Source of the DNA: Acidobacteriota bacterium
GTDB lineage: Bacteria > Acidobacteriota > CAIWXX01
Length of the DNA: 64,000 nucleotides
Direction: 5' to 3'
Assembly (NCBI GenBank): GCA_040755995.1
Contig: JBFMAF010000049.1
Span: forward strand, 96,001 to 160,000
Under the pieces are notes generated by a model. It made no database searches. It worked only from the letters and a program-made list of their open reading frames with translations, and was not told the origin of the DNA. Shown here one piece after another: positions 1-11,671 of this stretch. The position numbers were made by a program, and so were the translations under genes. Numbering within the stretch: the stretch's first letter is position 1; the number at the start of each line of letters is the position of its first letter.

Positions 1-758
1 CGCGAGGCCGCAAACAGCGCCGACGCGATGGAGCCTTCTATTCGAGCCTCCGCCACAGCCTGACCGGTGATCGCGCCGATGAACGATTTCCGGCTCGTCC
101 CGACCGCGATGGGCCGCCCCAGTGACAGCAGCGACCCCAGGTTATGCAGGAGCCGCACGTTATCCGCGAAACCTTTCCCGAAGCCGATCCCGGGGTCTAT
201 GACCAGGCTCGTCGTTTCGCTTCCCGCGGCGACGGCCGCCGCGATGCGAGCCCGCAGGAACTCGGTGACCTCGGCCACCACGTCGCCGTAATGCGGGTTG
301 AGCTGCATGGTCTTAGGACTGCCCTGCATGTGCATCAAGACCAGGCCGGCCCCAGTCGAAGCTGCCAGCGGAAGCATCGCAGGTTCGCCCAACCCCGCCG
401 TGACGTCGTTTACGATGGACGCTCCACTCCGGATTGCTTGCTGCGCCACGACCGCCCTGGACGTATCGATCGAGAGAGGGATTTTCAGCCGCCCGGCAAG
501 CTTGTCTATCACCGGAAGCACGCGAGAGAGCTCTTCTTCCGCGCTCACGTGATCGCTCCCCGGACGCGTGCTCTCGCCGCCGATGTCGACGACGTCCGCC
601 CCCTCCTCCTCCATCTGCAGCGCGCGCTCGACTGCGGCCTCCGCTTCCAGATACCGGCCCCCGTCTGAGAAGGAATCGGGGGTGACGTTGAGGACGCCCA
701 TGATGCGCGGGCCTCCTGCGCCCAGGTCCCACGCGCCGCCTCGGAACAGGAAGTGCAT
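1..758 (-). CDS. folP: Dihydropteroate synthase (3' end runs off the window)
   Basis: Manual minus-strand translation from ATG 758: IMGVLNVTPDSFSDGG...DPGIGFGK...GTSRKSFIG; follows ftsH. Confidence 0.93.
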   Translation of the reverse strand, partial: MHFLFRGGAWDLGAGGPRIMGVLNVTPDSFSDGGRYLEAEAAVERALQMEEEGADVVDIGGESTRPGSDHVSAEEELSRVLPVIDKLAGRLKIPLSIDTSRAVVAQQAIRSGASIVNDVTAGLGEPAMLPLAASTGAGLVLMHMQGSPKTMQLNPHYGDVVAEVTEFLRARIAAAVAAGSETTSLVIDPGIGFGKGFADNVRLLHNLGSLLSLGRPIAVGTSRKSFIGAITGQAVAEARIEGSIASALFAAS

Positions 759-1013
759 CAGGCGCCTGCCAGGAGAAGGCGGCGCCGCCCTCGGCCCGCG
801 TCTTCGCAGTTTTCGCTCATCGTATGCCCTGGTCGCGGCCGGACCGCTTCAGAGTAGCGATGGAGGCTGCGGCCGGCAAAGACGCGCGCGACCGGAGCGC
901 CGCGGCAGCGGCGGGTCCAAGGAGACGCAGATGCATCGTCTCGCGACGGACGGCTCCGCCGCGCCGCTGTGCATCTGTCTCACGTTCAGTATGATCCGAC
1001 TCCTTCGCCGCGC

Positions 1014-2909
<1,896 letters not shown>

Positions 2910-2922
2910 GTGAATGGACCTC

Positions 2923-3444
2923 CTAGTCGTTTTCCCTCTCGGCTATGAACGGAAGGTTCCGGTAGCGGCCGTCCCGCTCGAGGCCATATCCGACCAGAAA
3001 CCCATCTGGCGCCTCGAATCCAACGTAGTCGCACTTGAACTCGACCTTCCGTTTCTGGGCCTTGTCGAGAAGGAAACAACTCTTTATAGAAGCCGGTCCC
3101 TGCAGTTCAAGTTGTCTGAGCAGGTAATCCTGCGTGATCGCCGTGTCGACGACCGTGCCCACGAGGAGCACGTGGCGGCCCTCGAGCTTCGTTTCGCTCA
3201 GGAAGTGGATTTCGGTCAGATTATGGCTCTCGCCCAGGCCGGATTCCGAAAACACCCGCACGAAGTAGCAGTCCACCGGAACCTCGATCTCACGCATCAA
3301 GTCTGCCAGGAAAACAAACGAGCTGCTCAGAATTCCAAGAGCCGTGAGTTCCTTGTCCGCATAGTCCAGGCTGATAGCCCTGCCGAGCTCCTTCACCCTC
3401 GCCGCGATCTGCTCACGACTGTATATGACCTTGAAATTGGCCAA
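2923..3444 (-). CDS. hpt: Hypoxanthine phosphoribosyltransferase-like protein with degenerate PRPP motif
   Basis: FLADLMR, FLVGYGL...YRNLPFI, tilS-hpt-ftsH context; PRPP loop reads [12 protein letters not shown]. Confidence 0.8.
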   Translation of the reverse strand: MANFKVIYSREQIAARVKELGRAISLDYADKELTALGILSSSFVFLADLMREIEVPVDCYFVRVFSESGLGESHNLTEIHFLSETKLEGRHVLLVGTVVDTAITQDYLLRQLELQGPASIKSCFLLDKAQKRKVEFKCDYVGFEAPDGFLVGYGLERDGRYRNLPFIAEREND

Positions 3445-3689
3445 CTAACTCACACCTCCACCGGCGCTTCTCAATCGAATTATCCGCTACATGGAGAGTG
3501 AATTCAATAGCGATTTTCGCGCGACAGCGCGAAAGCTTGCGGGATTCGCACGGTTCGGCGCGACAGAACGGCGGGCCAGCAGCGCTCGCTGCGCTGGAGC
3601 AGGCTGAGCTTGCAACTGGATGTGGCGAGCAGGGGCGAGTTGCGGTCCGGTGCCAGACGAACACGGAGCCGTCGGACACCACTGGGTGT

Positions 3690-3983
3690 TTAGTACGTGC
3701 GCTCGTAGATGCGCCTGAGCTCTTCAGGAGACTGCACAGCCTCGATTGCGGCGTGCACAGTCTCCAGTACGGCCGAATCGGTGATCTTGCTGATCTCCGG
3801 GAAAAGCCGCAAGCCGTCCATGCCGAAACGCAGTTTCAACGCCAGCTCGATTCCGCGTAGCAAACCCTGGCGTACTCCGCGGGCAATGCCTTGTTCCAGG
3901 CCCTGCTCCAAGCCCTGCTCCAGGCCCTGTTCCCGGCCCTGCCTCCGGCCCTGCTCGACCCACTCTTGTGCCAATGTCGACAT
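3690..3983 (-). CDS. Putative in-frame intragenic small antitoxin (RpnS-like, 97 aa)
   Basis: AAAGGAGGTGAGATC-ATG strong Shine-Dalgarno in frame at MSTLAQEW. Confidence 0.65.
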   Translation of the reverse strand: MSTLAQEWVEQGRRQGREQGLEQGLEQGLEQGIARGVRQGLLRGIELALKLRFGMDGLRLFPEISKITDSAVLETVHAAIEAVQSPEELRRIYERTY

Positions 3984-4715
3984 GATCTCACCTCCTTTGT
4001 CCTTGAACGCCTCTGTAAGGGCGGCTCGTACACTGTCCGCGTCAACCTGCCCCGCCGTTGTAACGAAATACCGCAACACAACTTCGATGTACTCGATGCC
4101 GGTCCTGCTCTCCGCGAGCCCACTCATGATCCGCAAGAGCTCAGCAAGGCGATCGGCATAGTCGTCGCGAAACACATGCTTCATCATCAACAAGGCGACG
4201 CGCAGCATCATGTCCACTCGGACCTTCTCGGGATCGAAATCCGCCAGGTCGCATAGCCAGTATGTGTACTCAGGGATGAACTGCGCCATCTCGCGTGGCG
4301 GGTCGATGATCGCCCGGAAACCGGCGGGCACGGTCCATCGTGCCCTGCCATGGTAAAGAACCACGGGCACTATCGGGCTCAGCCCCTCACCTTGCTTCAG
4401 GGAGTACTCCCATATCCTCACCATGTAGCGGAGCAGTTGGAAGGCGACCATGGCCTCCGGCTGGCTCTTGTGCTCCAGCAACACATACACGTACGCAGGC
4501 CGAGCGTTTGTGAGCCTGACCTTGTAGAGGATATCGGAGAAGTGCTCCCTGAGCGCCTGGTCGACGAATGAGTCCTTGACCAGCTCCATCGAGTCCACGT
4601 CGACCAGGGCGGCCACCCCCGCGGGCAGGAATTCTCGCAGGAAGTCGGACGCGGTCTCGCGGCGTGAGAATACCTCCTTGAAGAAGTGATCGTGCGGATT
4701 CTGCAGATCGGCCAT
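3690..4715 (-). CDS. Rpn/YhgA-like recombination-promoting nuclease (PD-(D/E)XK)
   Basis: NPHDHFFK, SDILY, YVLLEHKS, PVVLYHG, C-terminal EQG repeats. Confidence 0.93.
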   Translation of the reverse strand: MADLQNPHDHFFKEVFSRRETASDFLREFLPAGVAALVDVDSMELVKDSFVDQALREHFSDILYKVRLTNARPAYVYVLLEHKSQPEAMVAFQLLRYMVRIWEYSLKQGEGLSPIVPVVLYHGRARWTVPAGFRAIIDPPREMAQFIPEYTYWLCDLADFDPEKVRVDMMLRVALLMMKHVFRDDYADRLAELLRIMSGLAESRTGIEYIEVVLRYFVTTAGQVDADSVRAALTEAFKDKGGEIMSTLAQEWVEQGRRQGREQGLEQGLEQGLEQGIARGVRQGLLRGIELALKLRFGMDGLRLFPEISKITDSAVLETVHAAIEAVQSPEELRRIYERTY

Positions 4716-4748
4716 GCTCTTCGTATCCTCGATGGGCGCAATCTCATT

Positions 4749-4815
4749 CTATACAGCGCTTCATGGGTCTGCAACGGGGTTGCCAGGTCTTCGTAGCATA
4801 TGACGCCCTGCATAG
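4749..4815 (-). mobile_element. 67-bp miniature inverted-repeat element, copy A (reverse orientation)
   Basis: CTATACAGCGCTTCAT...ATGACGCCCTGCATAG imperfect TIRs; same length as copies B-D. Confidence 0.7.
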
Positions 4816-4962
4816 ATCGTGACTGGAGGGGAGGGCCCCGTGCCTCATCAACCTCCTTGAGGGTGACAACTGGCCTCGAGTTGCAGCCTGGCCTCGGGGT
4901 TTCGCGCACACGCCACGAGCATCGCGCCGCTCGGAGCCGTCCCAGCGATACGCCGGTCGGAC

Positions 4963-6390
4963 CTAGGCTCCGCCACGCTGAAGACCGGGCAAGATCCGCC
5001 TGATCTCTGCAATCCTCGTGGTGCGCTCGGTGACCTTGAAGTCCTCACCGACGGGGAGACCTGCCACCCAGCAGATCCTGTCCCCGATTAGAACGACCGG
5101 AAGCCGGTCCCTCTCGTGTTCCGGCACCTTCTTGTTGATCAGCATCGTCTTGACACGTCGCGGCTCGGCCGCTCCGATCGGCCTGTAGCTATCGCCCGGC
5201 CGTCGATTCCGGACGGTCAACGTCTCACCGGCCTTGTCCAGGTCCAAGTAGCAGGCGATGCGATCGTCGAAGCGAACCTCAGCTGGAAACTGGCGTGCGT
5301 CGATCACGCCCGCCTCGATCCTCTCGCCTGTCGGGGCGATATCGAGCGCGCCCGGCACGGACAGGAGGTCACAGAAGTCCCCGACGCGTGGGCGCGCTTT
5401 CTGGATCTCGATGACCTGTCTCCTGCGGTGCACTCGAATCCGCCCCGGGAGCATGGACCGAAACCTGGACGGGCTCGAATCACTCGTGCACCAGTCGATG
5501 AGTTCAGCGACGCGTTCCGCCCCGACCGGTGAGCCCAGCGCGGCCGCAGCAAGACGGATCGCGCGGGCCAGAATCGCCGGTGAGAGTTCCTTGAAGAGTT
5601 GCCGGTCGAGTGTCACGGAGAGAGGCGAGGAGTCGAGAAGGCATCGCTGCAACGCTTTGGTCGCCTGCTGCTGAAGGAAGACTTCCTCTTGCAGCAACAC
5701 ATGCACTGCCGAGCGGGCTCGCCGTATCCCCGCCGGAAAGAGGCGGTCGATCAACGGCATCAGCTCGGCGCGGACGCGGTTCCTCGTGCGGCTCATGTCC
5801 AGGTTGGACGAGTCCATGACAAACGCGAGGGATCGCTGCTCCAGAAACCGCAGCACCTCACGCTTGCGCACGTCGATCAGCGGCCGAATCAAGTTGCCGC
5901 GAACGGGAGCGATCGAGGTCAAACCCGTGCGCCCGCTTCCACGGAAGAGCTTCATGAGCAGCGTCTCGACGAGATCGTCGGCGGTGTGTCCGAGCGCCAC
6001 CCGATCAGCTCCGGCGGCCTGCGCCGTCTCCCGCAGGAACGCCAGCCGCATGCGCCTCGCACAATCTTCGGTGTTCAGTTTCAATCGCCGAGCCTCTGCC
6101 GCTACATCACCTTCACCGGGGTAGTAGGAAGGGCCAAGCGAACTGCTGAGCTCCCGAACGAACTCCGCATCTCGATCCGCTTCGCTGCCCCGCAGCCGGT
6201 GGTTGAAGTGCGCCACGGCCACATCGACGCCCAGGCCGATGAGCAGATGCAGGAGCGCCACGGAGTCCGGGCCTCCGGAACACGCTACGAGCACCTTCGA
6301 GCCCGGAGGGATCATGTGGTGCCGCGCGATAGTGGCGCGGACCGTGTCTGAAATGCTCGGGATCTTCTTGCGTCGCGCCGGGTCAGACAT
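4963..6390 (-). CDS. tilS: tRNA(Ile)-lysidine synthase
   Basis: SGGPDS, HFNHRLRG, GHTADD, RPL, DSSN, RNRVR; start codon uncertain. Confidence 0.96.
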   Translation of the reverse strand: MSDPARRKKIPSISDTVRATIARHHMIPPGSKVLVACSGGPDSVALLHLLIGLGVDVAVAHFNHRLRGSEADRDAEFVRELSSSLGPSYYPGEGDVAAEARRLKLNTEDCARRMRLAFLRETAQAAGADRVALGHTADDLVETLLMKLFRGSGRTGLTSIAPVRGNLIRPLIDVRKREVLRFLEQRSLAFVMDSSNLDMSRTRNRVRAELMPLIDRLFPAGIRRARSAVHVLLQEEVFLQQQATKALQRCLLDSSPLSVTLDRQLFKELSPAILARAIRLAAAALGSPVGAERVAELIDWCTSDSSPSRFRSMLPGRIRVHRRRQVIEIQKARPRVGDFCDLLSVPGALDIAPTGERIEAGVIDARQFPAEVRFDDRIACYLDLDKAGETLTVRNRRPGDSYRPIGAAEPRRVKTMLINKKVPEHERDRLPVVLIGDRICWVAGLPVGEDFKVTERTTRIAEIRRILPGLQRGGA

Positions 6391-6395
6391 GAGAT

Positions 6396-6472
6396 TGGTA
6401 GCGGTGCAGGGACTTGAACCCCGGACGCCGCGGATATGAGCCGCGTGCTCTAACCAACTGAGCTACACCGCC
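6396..6472 (-). tRNA. tRNA with CAT anticodon, most likely elongator tRNA-Met
   Basis: 77 nt GGCGGTGTAGCTCAGTTGGTTAGAGC...CT-CAT-AT...GGTTCAAGTCC...CACCGCTACCA; encoded CCA. Confidence 0.93.
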
Positions 6473-6486
6473 GTGTCGCACCACGA

Positions 6487-6515
6487 ATGGTAGTGCAACG
6501 CCCGAGGAGTGTCAA
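6487..6515 (-). promoter_or_regulatory. sigma70 promoter of the tRNA-tilS unit
   Basis: TTGACA-17-TACCAT. Confidence 0.7.
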
Positions 6516-6606
6516 GGATTCGCGGAGTCAAGGAGTCAAGTCACCTCGGCGGTCCATGATCCAGCGCCAGCCGGCGGGGCCGCGGTGTCAGGCCGTGAGC
6601 TGCGCA

Positions 6607-8917
6607 TCAGCTTACCTCCTCCATTCGCCTGGCCTCGTCGAGCAGCGGAGCGTACTCGTGCCGGAGGAGCACGCTGTTCTGGAGGGTGCGATCGAGCTTT
6701 TCTGCGGCCCGTTTGGCGCTCTCGATTCGTTTCCCTGTATTGCGCTCAGCCCGCGCTCGGATGAGCTCGAGGGTTCCACTCAGTGCGAGTGCCTCCCACG
6801 GCCGCCGGTTGGACGAAATCGCCTTGTCCGCAGCCGCAATGCCATCGCGTATGTCGCGCTCAGGCGAGACCCCCTTACCTAGATCATATTCCGCATTCCA
6901 GCGGTACACCTCCGCGACCGACGCGTACGTGCCGCGATCGTTCGCGTTTAATTCGAGCGCCTTGTGCAGATACCCGAGTGCCGCCTTGAAATATCGATCC
7001 GCCGGCCTTCCTCGCTTAATGGCCCACCGGCCTGCGACCGTCTCCAGGTGGCCGCCCTCTCTATGAAGTGCATAGTAGTCTTTCTGTGTGGTCAAGGCAC
7101 TCTGAAGCGTTCGTCTGCCCTCCTCCAGGAATTCCGAAGGATTCCGGTCATGAACCAGCTCGTTCCTCGATATGTGTGCATATGTGGCGACCAAGGACAT
7201 GAACGCGGTGCGGTGTATCTGACTGCCTTGAGTGGTTGATTGCAGCTCAGTGAGTACTTGCCTCAGAACCGGAGCGGGATCCCCTCCTTGAAGGGTATCT
7301 GCGAAGGCCATCAGGGCCACAACGTTCCAGAGGGCAGGCCTGACATGCCAAAACTCTGGTTTCATCTTCAACGCGGCAGCGTAGGCAGCACGCGCCTCCT
7401 CAAGCGCCGGACGGGGATCCTGTCCATGCTCCCACTGGTATCCCGCCAGAACATTCTTGCACAAGCCGAGCACGTAAAAGTAGTTCGGCCAGTTTGGGTC
7501 TTTGTCGATGGCCCTCTGGATCCATGAAGCCGATTCCTTAAGGAGGCCAGAAGGGTCCTCACCCAGATTGCCCTTGTACTCAGCGTATACCCTAAGTCCA
7601 TTGCCGTAACGGAAGAGCAATGCCGGGTCATCCGGTTCAAGGTCGAGAGCTTTCTGATGTGCGGTGACCGCACGCCCGTATGATTGATCCGCATCTCGAC
7701 CATGATTCCTTTCGTTGGTACCAAGGAGGGTGAGAGCCACGCCCTGGTTCGAGTAGCCCCTGGCATCATCAGGATTGCGCTTGATCGCCTCCTCGGCCAG
7801 CTCGCACGCCTCCATGCAGAAAGCCTCCGCGTCTTGTCGAGCCTCAACGAGACGTTGCCCCCATCGCCACAGTATTTCCGATTTCATGATGAACGGGTCC
7901 GCGCTTTCCGGATTCGACGTGATTGACTTGTCGCATGCAGCCAGTGCGCTCTGCCCTTCGAGCGAGGATCGGCTCGCCGCTCAGGAAGCGGCCAAGATCT
8001 TCGGCCAGAGACTTCGCCGATGCGTAGCGCTTCTCCGGGTCCTTCTCGATGCACTTCATCGCGATTGTGTCGAGGTCCAGAGGGATGCGCGTGTCGATGC
8101 TCCGGAGCGAACGCGGCTCCTTCCCCAATAGCGCGCTGATGACCTCGAAAGGCGTGCCTTCGAAAACGAGCTTTCCGGAAAGCACCTCGTAGAGGGTTGC
8201 GCCGAGGCTGTATACATCGGTCCGGACATCCACATCGCCGATTCTGCCTGATGCCTGCTCCGGCGACATGTATTCCGGCGTGCCCATCAGCACGCGGGTG
8301 CTGGTCAGCCCGGGTGCCTCCATGTCCCGGACCAATCCGAAGTCCAGTACATACGGTTTCCATGAACCATCTTCGAGACGCTCCACCATGATGTTGCCCG
8401 GCTTGATATCGCGATGGATGAGGCCGAGTCTGTGCGCGGCATGAACCGCCTCGGCCGCCCGCTTCACCGCGAGGACTTTCTCGGCGAGCCCCATCCGCGA
8501 GGCCGCAACACCCAGCGTGTCTCCGGCGATGTACTGCATGGCGATGTAGCGACGGCCGTCGGCCTCGCCGACCTCGTGCACCTTGCATATGCACTCGTGC
8601 TCGATCCGCGCCTGCGCCCGCGCCTCGTTCATCAGCCGCACGGCCATCTGCGGATCCTCGGCCCGCAGCAACTTCAGCGCAACGATGCGATCCAGGTCCG
8701 GATCGCGCGCCTTGTAGACCACGGCCATCCCGCCGCGGCCCACGAGGTCGACGATCTCGAAGCGCCCTATGCGCGCTCCCGCCGGCAGGACCTCGACACC
8801 AGGCAAAGCGATGCCGATGTCGGCCTGCGGCGAAGCAACGGGGTGATCTGCCGTTTCTGGCAGACGCGTGGCGGCACTCTCATCCTCCCATTCCCCACGA
8901 ATCGGCTTGTCTTCCAC
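6607..8917 (-). pseudogene. Hanks-type Ser/Thr kinase + TPR protein, split by a frameshift (kinase 7844-8917, TPR part 6607-~7960)
   Basis: GRGGMAVVY, VALK, HRDIKPGN, DFGL, GTPEYMSPEQ; the TPR frame stays open and TPR-like upstream of ATG 7887. Confidence 0.75.
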
Positions 8918-9121
8918 GCCGCAAGATCTCTATGACGGACTATGCCACAGGGACCCGGCTGAGACAAGTTCAGGAATGGCCTCGTCAAGCCATGGAGCGC
9001 ACACGTGCCTGAGGAGTGCGCTGTTCCTGAGCGCGAGCCGGATCTTCTCTCCAGCGCGGCTGGCACACATGCCTGGTAGAATCGGCGTTGATTCCGCCGT
9101 TTTTTGGTATAAAATGGCGGT

Positions 9122-9544
9122 GTGTATGCCAGATTAGTACGCTATCCGCCGAACAGGAGCTTCTTTCTGTTCGGGCCGAGGTCGACGGGGAAATCGACGT
9201 GGGTGCAGTCGGAGTTCCCCGCAGCTCTGTATATCGATCTGCTCAAGGCCTCGATGTACAACAGGCTCGCGGCCGAGCCCGAACGCCTGGACAAACTCAT
9301 CCCGGTCGGATTCGGTGACTCGGTTGTCATTGATGAGGTGCAGAGAATACCCGAGCTGTTGAACGAGGTGCACCGCCTGATCGAGAGACGCAAGGCGAAG
9401 TTCGTTCTCACTGGATCGAGCGCCCGGAAGCTCAGGCGCGGCGGAGTGAACCTTCTGGGTGGGCGGGCAACGACACTTCGGATGTTCCCGCTGACTGCTG
9501 CGGAATTGGGCAGTGATTTCAATGACAACTTGTCCGAGGCATGA
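9122..9544 (+). pseudogene. Truncated AAA+ ATPase (AAA_14/DUF4143 type), N-terminal 140 aa only
   Basis: GPRSTGKS Walker A, VVIDEVQ Walker B, LTGSSA, then an early stop. Confidence 0.75.
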
Positions 9545-9566
9545 CTAGAATCTCGATGTAGCTCAC

Positions 9567-10943
9567 ATGAAGAAATACATCATCATTGGGATCATCGTCA
9601 GCTCCCCGGTTCTGCTGGCAGGCGGCTTCTTTGTGCACAGGTACATGGGCTACATGCGCTACGGATCGCTCATCAAGAAGGGTGAGCGATTGCTGAGCGC
9701 CGGCCAGAGCTTCCCGGCGCTCGCTGCGTACACCGAGGCAGTGAAGCTCCAGCCGAACCGCCCTCTGGCATATCTGGAGCGGAGCAGGGCGCACATCGCC
9801 AGATCCGAGCGCGCCGACGCAATCAGAGATCTCAAGAAGGCGATCGATCTCAAGCCTGACAACCCGGGCCCGTACATCGTGCTGGGCGATCTGTATCTGC
9901 AGACCGACGACTACTTCAAGGCGGCTGGAGAATACGAGCGGGCCATAGGGCTCGGCGTCGTTCGCGCGCCGTTGTACTACAAATATGGCTATGCGATGTT
10001 CCGGGCCTCCGAGTTCGACACGGCCATCCAGGGTCTCAAGAAGGCGCTGGAAGAGAGCCCCGACATGGGTCTGGCTTCCGCGCTCATGGGCACGATCTAT
10101 CTCGGGCGCGGAGAGCTCGAGCCGGCCGAGACGGCCCTGCGAAACTCGATTGGCCAGCTGCCGGAGAAGGATCGGCCGTACACTGAGCTCGGGCTCTGCC
10201 TGTATGAACGCGGCAAGTACCAGGACGCGATGGGATTCTTCAAGAAGGCCCTGGAGACACAGGGCAAGAAGACCAGCCTCTACGTGATGTCTGCGCGCTG
10301 CCTGGCAATGACCGGAGATCGAGAAGGCGCCATCCGCCAACTCGAGTCTGCAATCGCGCAGGATTCGAAGCAGAGCGCCGGGTACGTTGAGTTGGCCCGC
10401 CTCTGGATTCGCGCAGCCGACGAGCAGACTGACGCGTTCGCCACAGAGAAGGCTGTCACTGCGATCGAACAGGCGCTCGCCATCTCACCGAACAGCAGCG
10501 AACTGCACTTCATGCTGGGGCGCGTCTACGAAATCCGGAAGGACTACGCTCGCGCGATGGAATCGTACAATCGCGCTACGCGCCTCTGGCCGACAGTCCC
10601 CGAATCTTACGAGCAGATGGCGGCCGTCAGCATCCAGCAAAGGAACCGGCCGCAGGCGGAGCGGTTTCTGCAGAAGGCCGCGGTGCTCAAGGCCAAGAGC
10701 CCGGGTGTGTTCAGCTTCTACGGGCGGTTTCTCATGACGGATCGCCGGTACGACGAAGCCGCGGACAGGTTCAGGACGGCGATAACACTGAACCCGAACA
10801 ACACGGGGTACTATCTCTCCCTCGCCGAGGCGCAGCGCCTGGCCGGACGCAGGACCGACGCACGAGAGACGCTGCAGCGGGCGCTTGCCGTCGAGCCCAA
10901 CAACGCCGAAATTCAGGCGGCCTTGAGGCGCATCGGCGCATAG
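9567..10943 (+). CDS. Membrane-anchored tetratricopeptide repeat protein
   Basis: N-terminal hydrophobic helix followed by many A..L.P TPR units. Confidence 0.88.
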   Translation: MKKYIIIGIIVSSPVLLAGGFFVHRYMGYMRYGSLIKKGERLLSAGQSFPALAAYTEAVKLQPNRPLAYLERSRAHIARSERADAIRDLKKAIDLKPDNPGPYIVLGDLYLQTDDYFKAAGEYERAIGLGVVRAPLYYKYGYAMFRASEFDTAIQGLKKALEESPDMGLASALMGTIYLGRGELEPAETALRNSIGQLPEKDRPYTELGLCLYERGKYQDAMGFFKKALETQGKKTSLYVMSARCLAMTGDREGAIRQLESAIAQDSKQSAGYVELARLWIRAADEQTDAFATEKAVTAIEQALAISPNSSELHFMLGRVYEIRKDYARAMESYNRATRLWPTVPESYEQMAAVSIQQRNRPQAERFLQKAAVLKAKSPGVFSFYGRFLMTDRRYDEAADRFRTAITLNPNNTGYYLSLAEAQRLAGRRTDARETLQRALAVEPNNAEIQAALRRIGA

Positions 10944-10985
10944 GGGCACGGCCCGCCGCCTCCCAGGGCACGGCATGCCATGCCC

Positions 10986-11447
10986 CTATTTCTTCTTCCT
11001 CTTCCACATCCTGATTTCGTTGCCGCGCCGGTTGAATTCAATCCTGTCCATGTAGTGACTGATCAGGAAGATGCCGCGACCGTGAGTCCGCAGCAGGTTC
11101 TCCGGCACCGTCGGATCAGGTACGAAAGACGTTCTGAACCCAGTCCCCTGGTCCCGAATACGGATTTCCAGCAAGTCATCGCCGTGGAGGTAGCAGCGAA
11201 CTTTGACTCGCCTGTCGGGCACATTCGAGTTGCCGTGTATGACCGCGTTGGCCAGGGCTTCGTCCAGAGCGACACGCAGATCCTTGACCGCCTCCTCCTT
11301 GAACCCGACCGTCTCCGCCTCTTGCAGGATGTCCCCGGTGATACGATGGATCGCCTGGAGCTGGCTCTGGATCTCGCCCTTGCACAGGAGCTTTCTTCTA
11401 CGACCAGAAGGTCTGAGGCGAGATAGTAGCTGCTGCGGCTTAATCAT
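10986..11447 (-). CDS. RsbW-like anti-sigma factor / HATPase_c protein kinase
   Basis: EALANAVIHGN, DQGTGF, GRGIFLI. Confidence 0.9.
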   Translation of the reverse strand: MIKPQQLLSRLRPSGRRRKLLCKGEIQSQLQAIHRITGDILQEAETVGFKEEAVKDLRVALDEALANAVIHGNSNVPDRRVKVRCYLHGDDLLEIRIRDQGTGFRTSFVPDPTVPENLLRTHGRGIFLISHYMDRIEFNRRGNEIRMWKRKKK

Positions 11448-11597
11448 GTTCTTCCGAGCAGCGCGTCATCGCCGGTCAATTCCCACGGTTTTCGCTCTCG
11501 CCCTCCGACAGGTCCGAGGCCCAGCCTCGGTTGACATTGTAGCTCATTGCCCGGCCAAGTTCTAATACGAAATCCGGCTGAGCGAGCGTAGTTTTCC

Positions 11598-11627
11598 TTG
11601 ACACTGCTGGAAAGCCACGACTATAAT
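11598..11627 (+). promoter_or_regulatory. Consensus sigma70 promoter of the OmpA-family gene
   Basis: TTGACA-18-TATAAT; GGAGG RBS before GTG 11672. Confidence 0.75.
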
Positions 11628-11671
11628 CTTGCTAACATGCGATCGATTCAAACCATGCGAAGGAGGTACGC

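Noticed and set aside
6396..6472. tRNA-Ile2 or initiator tRNA identity
   Set aside because: No C4/C5 acceptor pairs typical of Ile2; no C1 mismatch or three G-C anticodon-stem pairs typical of fMet
6396..9544. Integrative element or prophage at the tRNA
   Set aside because: No integrase, and I saw no duplicated tRNA end
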